64,000 nucleotides of DNA, from NCBI GenBank assembly GCA_965205505.1, contig CBDBHB010000007.1, forward strand, positions 256,001-320,000, read 5' to 3'. This document shows positions 10,382-22,054 of this stretch, one piece after another. The notes beneath the pieces are model-generated. The model ran no database searches. It had not been told where the DNA came from and worked only from the letters and a program-made list of their open reading frames with translations. Both the position numbers and the translations under genes were made by a program. Source of the stretch: Acidobacteriota bacterium (GTDB lineage Bacteria > Acidobacteriota > UBA890 > WLXD01). The stretch's first letter is position 1; the number at the start of each line of letters is the position of its first letter.

Positions 10382-10762
10382 TCAATCCGACGGACGGAGC
10401 ACGACCGGTTCTCCGTGCGGCGTGTGCCGGTAGGCGTCAGTCCAGGCCTCCTTGCGCTCGAGGAGCGCCGGCGAATCCGTTAAGCCCTTCTCCGTGACCA
10501 GCCGCTCGAGGGCGGCCACCCAATGGTGGTAGTACCGCGAGCCATCGTCTGGCTCGCCGCGCGCCGCGGCCGCACTGAGCTCGTCGCCGAGTGCGTGCGA
10601 CCATTCTTTCCAGGTGAAATATCCCTGCTCAGAGAGCTTCACGGCGAGGGCGAACGCCTGCGCCTGCCATGGTCCCGCAAACACCGGCCCTTCCTCGTCT
10701 CGAGGGAGCGGCGGCAACGCCTGGAGGCGCTCGGGGTCGAGTCGTCGATCAGGCCGGCTCAA
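10382..10762 (-). CDS. Nitrile hydratase accessory/activator protein (P14K-like)
   Basis: GPVFAGPWQAQAFALAV, FTWKEW, YYHHWVAALERL, TPHGEP; TTG start with GGAGG RBS overlapping the end of nthB. Confidence 0.85.
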   Translation of the reverse strand: MSRPDRRLDPERLQALPPLPRDEEGPVFAGPWQAQAFALAVKLSEQGYFTWKEWSHALGDELSAAAARGEPDDGSRYYHHWVAALERLVTEKGLTDSPALLERKEAWTDAYRHTPHGEPVVLRPSD

Positions 10763-11384
10763 GGTAGTCCTCCCACAAGTCGGCATACACGGTGTCGCGC
10801 GCCACGGCCCGGTCGCCCCAGAGATCGCGGGCGGAGAACTGCACCGTGTACACATGCTGCGGGCGGTCACCGAGCCTCTGTCCATTCTCGTCGGTGTCCT
10901 GCAGGGCGAAGATGCCATGGTCCCGGATCACGGTTCCGCGCTTGCCGCGTGTGTAGCGCGGTAGCCGTATGTGACCACGCGCGTGTATGTTGCGGGCGCG
11001 CACGCGCTGCTGCGGACGGAACAGCGGGCTCACCGGAACACCCGGCCGCTCGGACTCAGGCGACGCACCTGTCGACGCCAGGGGTGGTGCCGGCGGCGGC
11101 CGGTTCGGGTCGACCTCACCGCTCTCGAGCTCGGCGGGTGTCGCGAGATTGTTCCTGAGCACCCCATTGACAAGTATCGTGAACCAGCGCTCGTAATACG
11201 ACATGCGCAAATAGTCGGCCGCCGGGATATTTTCGAGCTCGAACCTGAAGCTCCTCCCGAGGGAGATTGTCATGGAGAGCGCGAAAACCCGGCGTTCCCA
11301 GGCCTCGTGAAACACGGGCTCGTTGGGCTCCGGCTCGATGGGCCCCATGCCGGCCATCCCACCCATGTCGTGAATGCCGTTCAT
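10749..11384 (-). CDS. nthB: Nitrile hydratase beta subunit
   Basis: [40 protein letters not shown]. Confidence 0.95.
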   Translation of the reverse strand: MNGIHDMGGMAGMGPIEPEPNEPVFHEAWERRVFALSMTISLGRSFRFELENIPAADYLRMSYYERWFTILVNGVLRNNLATPAELESGEVDPNRPPPAPPLASTGASPESERPGVPVSPLFRPQQRVRARNIHARGHIRLPRYTRGKRGTVIRDHGIFALQDTDENGQRLGDRPQHVYTVQFSARDLWGDRAVARDTVYADLWEDYLEPA

Positions 11385-12112
11385 GCGCCGCCTCCCGCTT
11401 GCGGCGACGCGACCTTTGCGACGCCTATCATCGAGTCGCGCGTGATGATCTCAGCGAGTTGCACCTCGGTCATGTTCGCCGTGCCGGTCGGCCGCTCCGG
11501 TAACACCAGGTAGCGAATCTCGGCCGTGCTGTCCCACACGCGCACCTCGACGTCGGCGGCGAGCTCGAGATCGAACTCGCGAAGAACCCCGCGCGGATCG
11601 ATCACCGCTTGGGCGCGGTATCCCGCGGACTTGTACCACACCGGTGGGAGGCCAAGCGTTGGCCACGGATAGCAGGAACAGAGCGTGCACACCACCAGGT
11701 TGTGGACCTTCGGTTCGTTCTCGACCACCACCATGTGGTCGCCTTCATCACCGCCATACCCCAGCTCTGCGATCGCCTCGGTGGCGTTGGCCAACAAGCG
11801 CGCCTTGTAAGCGGGATCGACCCAGGCACGCGCCACGACCCGGGCACCGTTGCGGGGACCGATCTTGTTCTCGTAGTTATCGATCAGCGCATCAAGGTCC
11901 GCGGGGTCGACCATCTCCTTCTCGACAAGCACCGATTCCAGCGCCCTGACCCGCAGCGCGATATCCGAAGGCACGGTCTGGTGGTCATGATCCTCTGTAG
12001 GGGGTTGCGGTGTGCCCGCGACCCGTCCTTCTCCGACAATCGAAGCGGTGACCGCGGCCGCACCCTTCAGGAACTTCCGCCGGCCAACTGCCTCGTCTTC
12101 GGTCTTCGCCAC
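11381..12112 (-). CDS. nthA: Cobalt-type nitrile hydratase alpha subunit with a Tat-like N-terminal extension
   Basis: VCTLCSCY Co-type metal motif; [13 protein letters not shown]; N-terminal GRRKFLK. Confidence 0.95.
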   Translation of the reverse strand: MAKTEDEAVGRRKFLKGAAAVTASIVGEGRVAGTPQPPTEDHDHQTVPSDIALRVRALESVLVEKEMVDPADLDALIDNYENKIGPRNGARVVARAWVDPAYKARLLANATEAIAELGYGGDEGDHMVVVENEPKVHNLVVCTLCSCYPWPTLGLPPVWYKSAGYRAQAVIDPRGVLREFDLELAADVEVRVWDSTAEIRYLVLPERPTGTANMTEVQLAEIITRDSMIGVAKVASPQAGGGA

Positions 12113-12196
12113 CTCTGATACTCCTCTCAGGAAGGAGTAGCAGTATATTCTCGTGCCGGCCGAACGCCCAGAGATCCTTGTGATAGAAAGCCGCGC

Positions 12197-15125
12197 ATGA
12201 AGAGTCTCTCGTCGATTGCCTCCGTACTGGGAACGGCGGTGATCCTCTCGCTCGCGGCGGGCGCCTGTTCCTCTCCCGACCCGATCGACGAGACGGGGTC
12301 GGAGCCGCCTGGCGATCTACCGCTGATGCCGGATTGGGACGCAGAGCGCAGCGAACGGCTGGCGTTCTCAGGCGAACGGTTTCGCACGCCGGAAGGCTTC
12401 CGGGTGGAGGAAGTAGCCGGCGACGAGCTCATCGGCTCGGTGGTGAACCTCGCCTTCACCTGGGATGGACGGCCGATCGTGGCGCTCGAGCAACGAGGCC
12501 TTGTCGTTCTCGACGACGACGACGGAGACAATCGCTACGATCGAATGACGCGCATCTCGGAAGAGATAGAAACTGCTCACGGCCTCTATGTGCTCGGCCC
12601 GGGTGACCTGCTTGCTCATGCCGACGGACCGGCCGAGGGAGCCGGGCTCTATCGCGTGCGGGGCTGGCACGACGACCCCTCCGAGAGCAGCGTGGAGCTG
12701 CTACGACTGTCGAGCGGAGGGATCCAGGAGCACGGCCCGCACACGATTACCCGGGGTCCGGACGGAGCGCTCTACCTGCTCTTCGGCAATCATGTCTCCC
12801 CTGAGGTGGAGCCTTCGGTGCGCTCGCCACTTCGCTCGCTCGAAGAGGATCAGCTCCTGCCCGTCATTCTCGATCCACGCGGTCACGCAAACAGCATTCG
12901 CGCCCCGGGCGGAACCATCTGGAGAGTCGATCTCGAGGCCGATTCCTGGGAGCTGCTCGTGGGCGGCCTGCGCAATCCCTTCGACATGGCCTTTTCTCCC
13001 GCCGGTGGCCTCTTCGTCTACGAGGCCGACATGGAATGGGATAGAGGCCTCCCCTGGTACCGACCCACGAGAGTTTTGCATGCGATTCCGGCCGCTGACT
13101 ACGGCTGGCGAACGGGCGCCGGCAAAGTGGCGTTCGACAACATCGACACCCTCCCCAGCGTTGCCGACATCGGCCGTGGCTCACCGGTAGGGATGACCTT
13201 CTATCGCCACGACGCCTATCCCGCGGCCTTCGATGGCGCCCTCTTCCTCGGCGACTGGGCGCGCGGGCGCATACGAGCACTGATGCCACAGAAGCAAGGC
13301 GCCAGCTGGCAGGGAGAGCCGGTCGACTTCGTTCTCGGTGAGCCCCTCAATGTGACCGATCTCGCCGTCGGGCCCGACGGCTATCTCTATTTCACCACCG
13401 GCGGTCGCCAGACGACGGGCGGGCTGTTCCGAGTCGTGTACACGGGGCCCGACGGTGGCGGGATGGCAGGTGTGCAGGTCGGGGAAGGGAGCCCTGCGGA
13501 GGCGGCTCTGCGCCAACCGATGCCGCGATCTGCCTGGGGGCGGGCGGCCATCGAGCAACGGCGAGCGGAGACCGGCCAGAGCTGCGGAGACGGCCTCCGT
13601 GCCGCCGTGGAGGACGCAGCAAGATCGAGCCTGGAAAGACAGAGTGCTTTGGAGATCCTGCAGGTCTTCGGACCGCAGCCGTCTGTGGAGGATCTTGAGA
13701 GAAACCTGGCCACGGACGACGCAGGGCTGCGCGCCGCCATCGTCGCTCTTCTCGGCTCCCATAGAGACCCCGGCGTTTACATGGCACTTGCCGGCGCACT
13801 CGAAGACTCGGACGCCCGCACCCGGCGCCGCGCCGCAGAGGGACTCGTGCGCTCTGGCGCGCTGACTGCGGCCCAGGACCAGGTTCTCGACGCCGTGCTC
13901 GCCGGCCTGGCCCGCCGGCTCGACGAAGAGGATCGGTTCGTTCGCTACGCGGCACGTGAGGCGCTCGCTCGAGTGCACCCGGATCTCTGGATTCCCAGGC
14001 TGAAGCTCTCCGGGGCGCCGACAAACGCGTCGCTCGAGGCGCTCCTGGCCCTCGTGCATCGTCCGGGCCTCCCCAATGCCGAGCTCGTTTTCGAGCATTT
14101 GATCCTCTACGCCCGGGAGCGCCCCGGCGAGGCACTGCTCGGCTCCTTTCTGCGAGTGTTCGAGCTGGCTCTCGTGCGCGCTAGGGAGGCCGAGGTCGGC
14201 GTTGTCGGACTCGAGGAGTTGGCTCCGTCCATGATGAGGTGGTTCCCGACGGGCCGACGCGAGCACGACCGCAAGCTCGAGCGCATCCTGGCGTACCTCG
14301 CTCCGCCTGGTGTGACCGCCGCCCTGGCGGCGCGGCTTTCGCCGGACAGGATCCAGGAAGACGAGATCCACACGCTCTACGCCCTGCGCGCCATCGAAGC
14401 CGACTGGGAGGAAGGCGAGCGCCAGATGATCGTCGCCTGGTTCGACCGCGGCCGATCATTCGCCGGCGCCGCCAGCATGGTCGGCTACATCGACGCCCCT
14501 CTGGCAGCAGGTTCTGGCCAAGCTACCGCCGGCAGAACGCTTCCTGGCGCTCGACCGTCGACAAGCCTGGCTAGCGAAGGAAGGGGAGCGGATCGCGGCC
14601 CTGGTTGCCGCCGATGAGCTACCGAGCGAAGAGGAACGAAGCCAGCTGCGTCAGATGAGCTTCGACGAGTTGGCGGACTACGTCGAGTACGACGTAATGG
14701 CCTACGTAAGCTACGACCCGGACCGCGGAGAGAGGATTTTTCAGCGCGCTCGTTGCGCCGACTGCCACGTGTTCGGCAACGTAGGGCGTGGTGGCGGACC
14801 CGACCTCTCCACCGTCGTCAGCCGCTTCCGGCGCAGAGAGATCCTGGAGTCGATCGTTTACCCGTCGCGCGTGATCTCCGACCAGTACGGTGCCCTTCGC
14901 GTCGAGCTCCGAGACGGACAGTCGTACATCGGCATGCACGCCGACGAGAGCGACGACGACCTCACGCTGATCACGGCCGTCGGCGAGCGCGTCGTGCTCG
15001 ACAAGCACGAGATCGCTTCCCGCGAGGTCGCACACGTCTCCCTGATGCCGGAGGGCCTGCTCGAGGCCATGAGCTTCGACGACTTGATGAGCCTGATGCG
15101 ATACCTGGAGGAAGGCGCAAACTGA
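12197..15125 (+). CDS. Lipoprotein with dehydrogenase-like propeller, HEAT repeats and C-terminal heme c (PVC-type heme-binding protein); one frameshift at ~14497
   Basis: ORFs 12197-14617 and 14655-15125 join if one C is removed from GACGCCCCTCTGG (giving [11 protein letters not shown]...RQMSFD). Motifs [34 protein letters not shown]. Confidence 0.8.
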
Positions 15126-15322
15126 GATCGCGTCCGGCGGCGGGCTCGACGCAAGCTGAGCGTACGTTTCCTACTCATTCCTCAGCGCTGCGAGAGGATC
15201 GACTCGAACCGCACGCCAGGCCGGCACCAGGCTGGCCACCAGCGATGTCGCCATTATCTACATCGAGAACATAGATGCTCGGCGAGAGTGAAAGGTTGGA
15301 ATCCGCGCGCTGCCCCGGGTGC

Positions 15323-17913
15323 TCAGCCCTCGCCCCGAGCGACATCCATGATCCAGATGTCGCCAAGGGCCTCCTCCCACGTGAAATAGAGAAAGTTGCC
15401 GTCGGTGGCGAGTGCCTCGCTTCCCGGTGCGCCGCGGCGACCAGCCAGGTCGGTGACTTGGCGTGCGGCACCGTCAACCACATCGATCTCCCACACGTTA
15501 CCGGCGCGGTGATCGACGCCGAGGGCATAGATGTGGGTGCCGTCCGGGGACCAATCGTGGTAGCCGAGGCCAGGCGGGCTGAGGGCCTCAGGGGAGCCTC
15601 CCTGGACAGGTACACGCCAGATCCGCACCCCATCACCTCGGTTCGAACGAAAGGCGATCCAATGACCGTCTGGCGACCACGTGGCCGAGCTGTCACCCGC
15701 CTCGTCGAACGTCATGCGTAGCGGCGTGCCGCCCTCGCGCGGCGCCACGTAGATGTCGTTGTTGAGGTCAGGACCTACGGCGCGGAAAGCCAACCGGCGC
15801 CCGTCTGGCGACCAGGCCGGTACGAACTGCTCGCCGACACCTGACAGCGGCACCGGCAGCGCCGCACCCCCGGCCGTCGGCATGATTCGGAGGGAACGGG
15901 CGCCATCGCGATACGCGTAGAGGGCGATCTCGGAACCATCCGGCGAGAACCGAGGAGACCAGTCGGGTTGGAGATCGGCGGTCAACTGCCGCATCTCGCC
16001 ACCCGTCGCTGGCAGCATCCAGATGTCCTTGTTGCCAGAGCGATCGGTGCTGACTGCCAAGTGCTCCGCGTCGGGAGATACGTCGACGAACTCGACCCAA
16101 GCCTGATCGAACGTGAGCTGCTCGGCGTCGGCCCACGTCGACATGCGGCTCGACAATATCGGCACGCGCCATAGGTTCGCCACGAACCGTCCTTTCGAGT
16201 AAGCAAGCTGCGACCGGTCAGGTGAGAATACCGCCTGCCGCATGCCAACACCGGCCGTGACCTGGACGGGCTCGCCATCGGGGCGCCCTGGCGCGTCCAG
16301 GCGCTGGCACCACATGTCCATGCTGGAGCCACGGTTCACCAGGTAACACAGGATGCTATCGCTCACCCACGTCGGGCTCAGATGGTGTAGCTCATCGGAT
16401 GTGATTCCCCAGCTCTCACGGTCAGAGAGCCGCAGGATGCGAATCTGCGAAGTCTCGTACTCGCGCTGCCACCCGGCGACGTAGGCAACGTGCGACCCGT
16501 CCGGCGACCAAACCGGATCGTAGCCGGGGACCTTACCCGGAAGGTCGACGCGCATCGTCGAACCTGACTCGAGGTTCATGACCTCGGCGTGACTGTCCGC
16601 CCAGGAGCGCACCACGTACAACAACTGCGTGCCGTCGCCCGACCACTGAGGGGGGCTCATGGGGATGTAGCGGACATCGGTTTGGACGCCCGGTGTCGAC
16701 GATCTTGCGAGGCAATCCTGCCAAGGCGTCGACTGCCCGTCCGGTGAATAGCTGGGATATCGATCTTCGCCGGCGTTGATCCGCGGTGCGGGTTGAGCGC
16801 ACCACTGCCGGGTTGGATGATCCATATGTCCCAATCACCGTCCTGATTGGACTGGTATGCGAGCGTTCGCCCGTCCGGCGACCAAGCCGGATAGTCCTCC
16901 ACGCCGGTTGCGCTGGTGACCTGCACCGGATTGACCAGCCTGAGTGTTGTGGGCTCCGAAGGTGCACCGAGCCATCCCCTGACCAGCCAGACGAGGCCGA
17001 CCCCGACAGCCACGAAGGCGAACAGAGCCGCCGTCGCGACTGCCACCGGGAAGACCCACTTTCGCGCCAGGCTGACCTCGATCCCGAGCTTCCCGAGGGC
17101 CTGCAGCAACTCCTCAGTGGATTGAAATCGGGCCTCGGGGTCCTTCTCGAGCGTTCGTGCGATCACTTGTCCGAGATGCGGCGACAGTCGCCCGTTGAGT
17201 CGCTCTGCAGAGACCGGCGTATGGTGGAGGATTGCGTCGAACACCGCCGCCGTCGTGTTGCCGTCGAACGGCCTCGTTCCGGTGGCCATCTCGTACCGCG
17301 TCACCCCGAGCGAGAACACGTCGCTTCGCGCATCAGTAGGCTCGCCCAGCAACTGCTCAGGCGACATATAGGGGACGGTGCCTATGGTCTGACCTGCTTG
17401 TGTCAGCTCCGTAGCTGCCTGCGTATCCTCCGAGGATTCTTCGAATAGCTTGGCGATGCCAAAATCCAGCACCTTCAACCGACCGTCGTCGGTCATCATG
17501 ACGTTGGCCGGCTTGATATCACGGTGAATCACTCCGTGGCGATGTGCAGCGTCGATTGCTTCCACCAGCGGAACCGCGAGCTCGAGCCACTCATCGGGTC
17601 GCAGACCGCCCTCCGGGATCAGTTCGTTGAGCGTCTTGCCCTGCACCAGTTGCATCGTGATGAAGGGCAGCGCGGCGCTGTCCTCGACCGAGTAAATGGT
17701 CACGATGCCTGGGTGATCGAGTGAAGCTAGGGTGCGAGCTTCCCGCTTGAAGCGCGCTATGCGCTCCGGATCGCCCGAAATGGCCCCGGGAAGAACCTTG
17801 ATCGCAACGTCACGGTCCAGGGTGGTATCCCGTGCTCGGTAGACCTCCCCCATACCGCCCGCACCGAGCGGCTTAATGATCTCGAAATGACCTAATCGGG
17901 TGCCGGGTTCCAT
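15323..17913 (-). pseudogene. Ser/Thr protein kinase with TolB/PD40 beta-propeller; frame disrupted at ~16700-16795
   Basis: LGAGGMGEVY, VAIKVL, HRDIKPAN, DFGIAK, GTVPYMSPEQ, a TM helix, then WSPDG repeats continuing in ORF 15323-16834. Confidence 0.85.
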
Positions 17914-18116
17914 GGCGCTGCCGTAGTAGGGCGGGGGAGCGCCTGAAGCCTATCGCCAGAGCGCACGAGATCCAACGTCAGGAGCCGGGAGAGCCCCCTG
18001 GACCCGGACTCCAAGCCAGGCAACCACCCGTGTGCACCCGGAGTGCGCGCAGATGAGGGCGGACGGTCGCTCGCCAGCGCTCGCGTACTTGTGGACCTTC
18101 CGAGCGCATCGCCAGC
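17892..18116 (-). repeat. Kinase promoter/start-module copy A (native context); sigma70-like TTGGAT-N17-TAGGCT on the minus strand
   Basis: Long similarity with 44910-45110; core CGCCTGAAGCCTATCGCCAGAGCGCACRAGATCCAAC. Confidence 0.75.
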
Positions 18117-18129
18117 ACGCGGGCGCAAG

Positions 18130-18426
18130 AGGCTCGCCGGCCCTGCGACGGCGTTCGCGCGCAATGTGCTCGGCAAGGGACACTTTCAGCAGGCTCTGGT
18201 AGGGCACGTCTCGCTCGTTGGCGAGCGCTTTCAGCTCCTCGAGCAACGGCTGCGGCAAGCGCAGCGAGATCGTGGTGGTCGACGGCTTGAGTGCCGGAAA
18301 GGAGCCTCACACGGACTTGTCCCAATCGAAGTAGTCGACTACTTCGTTCTCTGCCCAGAACTCGCGCTCCTCGTCTTCGCTGGTCGGTTCGGGCACGTGG
18401 ACATGGCGCTTACGTTTTTTGCTCAT
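18130..18426 (-). pseudogene. BrnA/CopG-type antitoxin with an in-frame TGA at 18307-18309
   Basis: MSKKRK...SEDEEREFWAENEVVDYFDWDKSV*GSFPALKPSTTTISLRLP...VPYQSLLK; 3' end approximate. Confidence 0.8.
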
Positions 18427-18496
18427 ACATCCTCCGCTCACGGCGGTCCATGTCACGAGCCGAGATGACTCGGATCAGCGTGTCTCGCCGCACGGT
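18410..18496 (-). pseudogene. C-terminal remnant of a BrnT toxin
   Basis: TVRRDTLIRVISARDMDRRERRMYEQKT* overlaps the antitoxin start; the 5' part is missing. Confidence 0.75.
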
Positions 18497-18519
18497 CGTT
18501 TGTCCGGCCAACTGAGCTA

Positions 18520-18573
18520 TTGACAGGACATGTCCTATGTAGTCAACTACTATCATCTATGTAGTCAACTACT
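18520..18573 (+). promoter_or_regulatory. TTGACA plus two 17-bp direct repeats (CTATGTAGTCAACTACT); probable PadR operator
   Basis: Repeats at 18535-18551 and 18557-18573, each containing the near-palindrome GTAGTCAACTAC, just upstream of padR. Confidence 0.6.
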
Positions 18574-18611
18574 CTGCTGCCCACGTAGTCCACTTCCGAC
18601 TGGATGCGACC

Positions 18612-18935
18612 GTGGCACGAATCACCTTCTCGACAGCGATCGTCCTGCAGGCGATTGCTACAGGTTACCGGTACGGCTTCGACATCATGGCAGCCACCGG
18701 ACTGCCCAGCGGCACCGTCTATCCGGCACTGCGCCGACTCGACCGTGACGGGTATCTAACGTCGAACTGGGAGGATCGCGAGGAGGCTCTCGAGGAGCAG
18801 CGCCCACCGCGGCGCTACTACGAGGTCGCGGAGGCGGGGCACCTCAGGCTGTCTGAGGCCCGCGGGCGCTTTCACGGTCTCGAACGGGTCGTACCGGAAC
18901 CGGCCCACGGCCCCGGGCCACGCGGAGCCGTCTAG
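18612..18935 (+). CDS. PadR family transcriptional regulator
   Basis: YGFDIM, GTVYPALRRL, PPRRYYE. Confidence 0.9.
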   Translation: MARITFSTAIVLQAIATGYRYGFDIMAATGLPSGTVYPALRRLDRDGYLTSNWEDREEALEEQRPPRRYYEVAEAGHLRLSEARGRFHGLERVVPEPAHGPGPRGAV

Positions 18936-21554
18936 TTGGCGCCGGACCCACTGCCGCTGCCGATCCGAGCACTAGTGCGCCTGGCGGCTCGGCTCGTGCC
19001 GCGCGCGGTTCGCGCGGAGTTCGTCGACGAATGGAGCGGCGAATTGCACCACCAGCGTGGCGTCGCCGGACCCTCCACTCGTGCCCAACTCACCACCTTG
19101 CGCCGCTCCCTCGGCTGTGTGACCGACGCAGTTTGGATCCGCACCCATGGATGGAGCCCTGAGATGCTGCTGCAAGATCTTCGCTTCGCGCTTCGAACGC
19201 ACATGAAACGACCTGGATTCGCAGCGCTCGCTGTGATCACCCTGGCAGTCGGGATCAGCGCCAACACGGCGCTGTTCAGCGTCGTCAACGCGCTTCTGCT
19301 TGAACCGCTGCCCTATTCTGAGCCCGACCGGCTGCTACGTCTGTACGGCACGAATTCGGCTCGTGGGCTCACACATTCGAACATGAACCCGAACGATCTT
19401 CTCGACCTGCGCGAGCATTCCGAAACGATCGCGGCAGTGTCCTACTACGGCGGCTTCTCCGGGACGATGCAGGTTGACGGTGAGCCGATCCGAGTTATTG
19501 GCAGTACCGTGCACTCGAGTTTCTTCGAACTCTTCGACGTGCAGCCCGCGCTCGGACGATTCTTCACCGAGGAAGAGAACATCGAGGGCAACGGCACCGT
19601 GGTCGTGCTCAGCTACGCGAGCTGGCAGGGGCTATTCGGTGGTGATCCCGACATCGTCGGACGGCGTCTGAATTTCGACGAGCCGCACACAGTAATCGGC
19701 GTGGCCCCCGCCGACTTTGGCGATCCCTTCGGACCACGCGACATGTGGGCGCCGTGGGCCATCGCCCCAGAGAATCGGCACGGCCACTTCATGCGCGGCG
19801 TCGCCCGCATGGGTCCGGGCGTAACGCTGGAACGCGCGCAGGCGGAAATCGACGCCATCTACGCGGGGATCGCCGAGGAACACGACAAGCCGACGCGCGG
19901 CATCGCCGCGGTGCCGCTGCAGAACTCGATCGTGCAGGATACCCGTCCGTTGCTGATGCTGCTGTTCGGTGCGGTCGGCTTCTTGTTACTGATCGTGTGT
20001 GCCAACGTCGCCTGCCTCATGCTGGCCCGCGCGATAAACCGCCGGCAGGAGGTCGCGGTACGCATGGCGCTGGGCGCCGGTCGTGGCCGTCTCGTCCGTC
20101 AACTGGTCAGCGAGAGCCTGCTGCTGGCGACAGCCGCCGGCGCAGTCGGATTGGCGATGGCTCGCGCCCTCGTCGGATTCGTCGAGGCCTCGGCAACCTC
20201 CGAGCTGCCACAGGTGTTCAACGTCGGGCTCGACGCGCGAGTCGTCGGCTTCTGCCTGCTCACTACGCTTGGCGCTGGGCTACTGTTTGGCGTCGCTCCA
20301 GCGTTGCATGGCACCCGCGCCGACCTAGCGAACAGCCTGCGAGACCGCAGCACGGAAACAGGCGCCGGACGACGGCGTGGCCTGCGAGGCGCGCTGGTGA
20401 TCATGGAGGTAGCGCTGTCGCTGATGCTGCTCGTCGGCGCTGGCCTGATGCTCCGCAGCCTGGGTAACCTGATGTCGGTCGATCCTGGCTTCGACCCTCG
20501 CGGCGTGCTGACCTTCCGGATCTCCGTACCGGCCACCGAGTATCCGGAGACGGTGACCGTGCCAGTCTTCTACGAGCAGTTCATCGAACGGCTGGAGAGC
20601 CTGCCGGGTGTCGCCGCCGCGGGTGCGACGAACCGTCTGCCATTCAGCGGCTCCTTCTCCTGCGATATGTTCATGCTGGAGGGCTGGCCAGCACCCGAGG
20701 CGGGTCGCTGGGAGTGCGCCGAGGAGCGTGTGATCGCCGGCGACTACTTCCGCGTCATGGGCATCGACATAATCGACGGCCGAAGCCTAACGCCCGAAGA
20801 CGGCGCCGATGCGCAGAATGTGGTGCTCGTGAGCCAGACCATGGCAGATCGTTACATGCCGAACCGCCCCCTCGGCCGGGGCTTCACCTGGGGCAAGATC
20901 GACGACGACACTGTCTATCGGCGCGTGGTCGGTGTGATCGAGGACGTCAAGCACGTAGACTTCGCTAGCGACTCTATGACCGAAGTGTACATGCCGCACC
21001 GGCAGTATCCGTACTACCGCACGATGTTCATCGTGGTGCGCGGCGGCGACGCGACGGCAATGGTCGCGCCGGTGCGGGGTGCGCTCCGCGAGCACGACCC
21101 CAACATCCCGATCTACCAGGTTGCAGCGCTCTCGGATCTGGTCGACGCCAGCTTTTCCAAGGCTCGCACTGGCGCGCAGGTGCTGGCCGGTTTCGCGACG
21201 CTTGCGCTGGTGTTGGCCTGCGTGGGGTTGTACGGCGTGCTCGCGTACATGGTGTCGCAGCGGAAGCACGAATTCGGCATCCGCATGGCGCTCGGCGCCC
21301 GCGGCAAGGACGTGGTGTCGATGGTGCTCCGGCAAGCCGGGACCATGGTCAGCGTCGGCGTGGGGCTAGGTCTGCTCGGGGCATGGGCTCTCTCGGGAGC
21401 ACTCGGTAGCGTGCTCTTTGGCGTGGAATCGAACGATCCGGAGACCTACGCCTTCATCTCCCTCCTGCTGTTTGCTGTGGCGGGCGCGGCGGGCTACCTG
21501 CCGGCCCACCGGGCGACCCGCGTCGATCCGGTTCGTGCATTGCGCGAGGATTAG
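18936..21554 (+). CDS. ADOP-type (duplicated MacB/FtsX) ABC permease
   Basis: QDLRFALR, LLIVCANVA, EVAVRMALGAGRGRL, GLYGVLAY, RATRVDPV. Confidence 0.92.
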   Translation: MAPDPLPLPIRALVRLAARLVPRAVRAEFVDEWSGELHHQRGVAGPSTRAQLTTLRRSLGCVTDAVWIRTHGWSPEMLLQDLRFALRTHMKRPGFAALAVITLAVGISANTALFSVVNALLLEPLPYSEPDRLLRLYGTNSARGLTHSNMNPNDLLDLREHSETIAAVSYYGGFSGTMQVDGEPIRVIGSTVHSSFFELFDVQPALGRFFTEEENIEGNGTVVVLSYASWQGLFGGDPDIVGRRLNFDEPHTVIGVAPADFGDPFGPRDMWAPWAIAPENRHGHFMRGVARMGPGVTLERAQAEIDAIYAGIAEEHDKPTRGIAAVPLQNSIVQDTRPLLMLLFGAVGFLLLIVCANVACLMLARAINRRQEVAVRMALGAGRGRLVRQLVSESLLLATAAGAVGLAMARALVGFVEASATSELPQVFNVGLDARVVGFCLLTTLGAGLLFGVAPALHGTRADLANSLRDRSTETGAGRRRGLRGALVIMEVALSLMLLVGAGLMLRSLGNLMSVDPGFDPRGVLTFRISVPATEYPETVTVPVFYEQFIERLESLPGVAAAGATNRLPFSGSFSCDMFMLEGWPAPEAGRWECAEERVIAGDYFRVMGIDIIDGRSLTPEDGADAQNVVLVSQTMADRYMPNRPLGRGFTWGKIDDDTVYRRVVGVIEDVKHVDFASDSMTEVYMPHRQYPYYRTMFIVVRGGDATAMVAPVRGALREHDPNIPIYQVAALSDLVDASFSKARTGAQVLAGFATLALVLACVGLYGVLAYMVSQRKHEFGIRMALGARGKDVVSMVLRQAGTMVSVGVGLGLLGAWALSGALGSVLFGVESNDPETYAFISLLLFAVAGAAGYLPAHRATRVDPVRALRED

Positions 21555-22054
21555 TGTGTGCGCTGGGAGCCTGAGCGTCGCCATTGTCGCCGTCGCCACC
21601 GGGGAGTGCTGACGCCGTGACGATCATGACGATGGAATCTCCGCGAGCCGGCCCAGCCCCCTTCTGAACGCCCTATGCGAACTCTCTACGAACTTGGGAT
21701 GGCCGACGAGTAGAACGGATGCCTACGGGACGGGGCTCGGCGCGTCATCCGCGTCATGTCAGGGGAATGGAGGATCAGGTGAAATGAGCCACCCAACGGA
21801 GAGCGCCAGCGTACTCTTTCAAGAGGCAGGGGAACCGGTCAACAGAACTACGCTCCCAGTCCAATCGTCACATATAAGCCCCGCCTCCCCGCTGATTGGA
21901 CGCTGGGGATGGGGCGCTTTGGCGGTCCCCTCGTCCGCAAGGCTACGCAAAGGCCCAGTGTTCAGGTGCCTAGCCGGCTTCGCCCCGTAGTAGTACCGCG
22001 AAAGGGTCGACGAAACGCCGCCGCACCGAAGATGGTGAACATGACGCTCGCCCA

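Noticed and set aside
18307-18309. In-frame TGA in the antitoxin as possible selenocysteine
   Set aside because: No redox motif and the partner toxin is truncated; a simple nonsense mutation is more likely.
21555-22054. 500-bp intergenic gap as ncRNA or small gene
   Set aside because: No recognisable motif, repeat or convincing ORF by eye.
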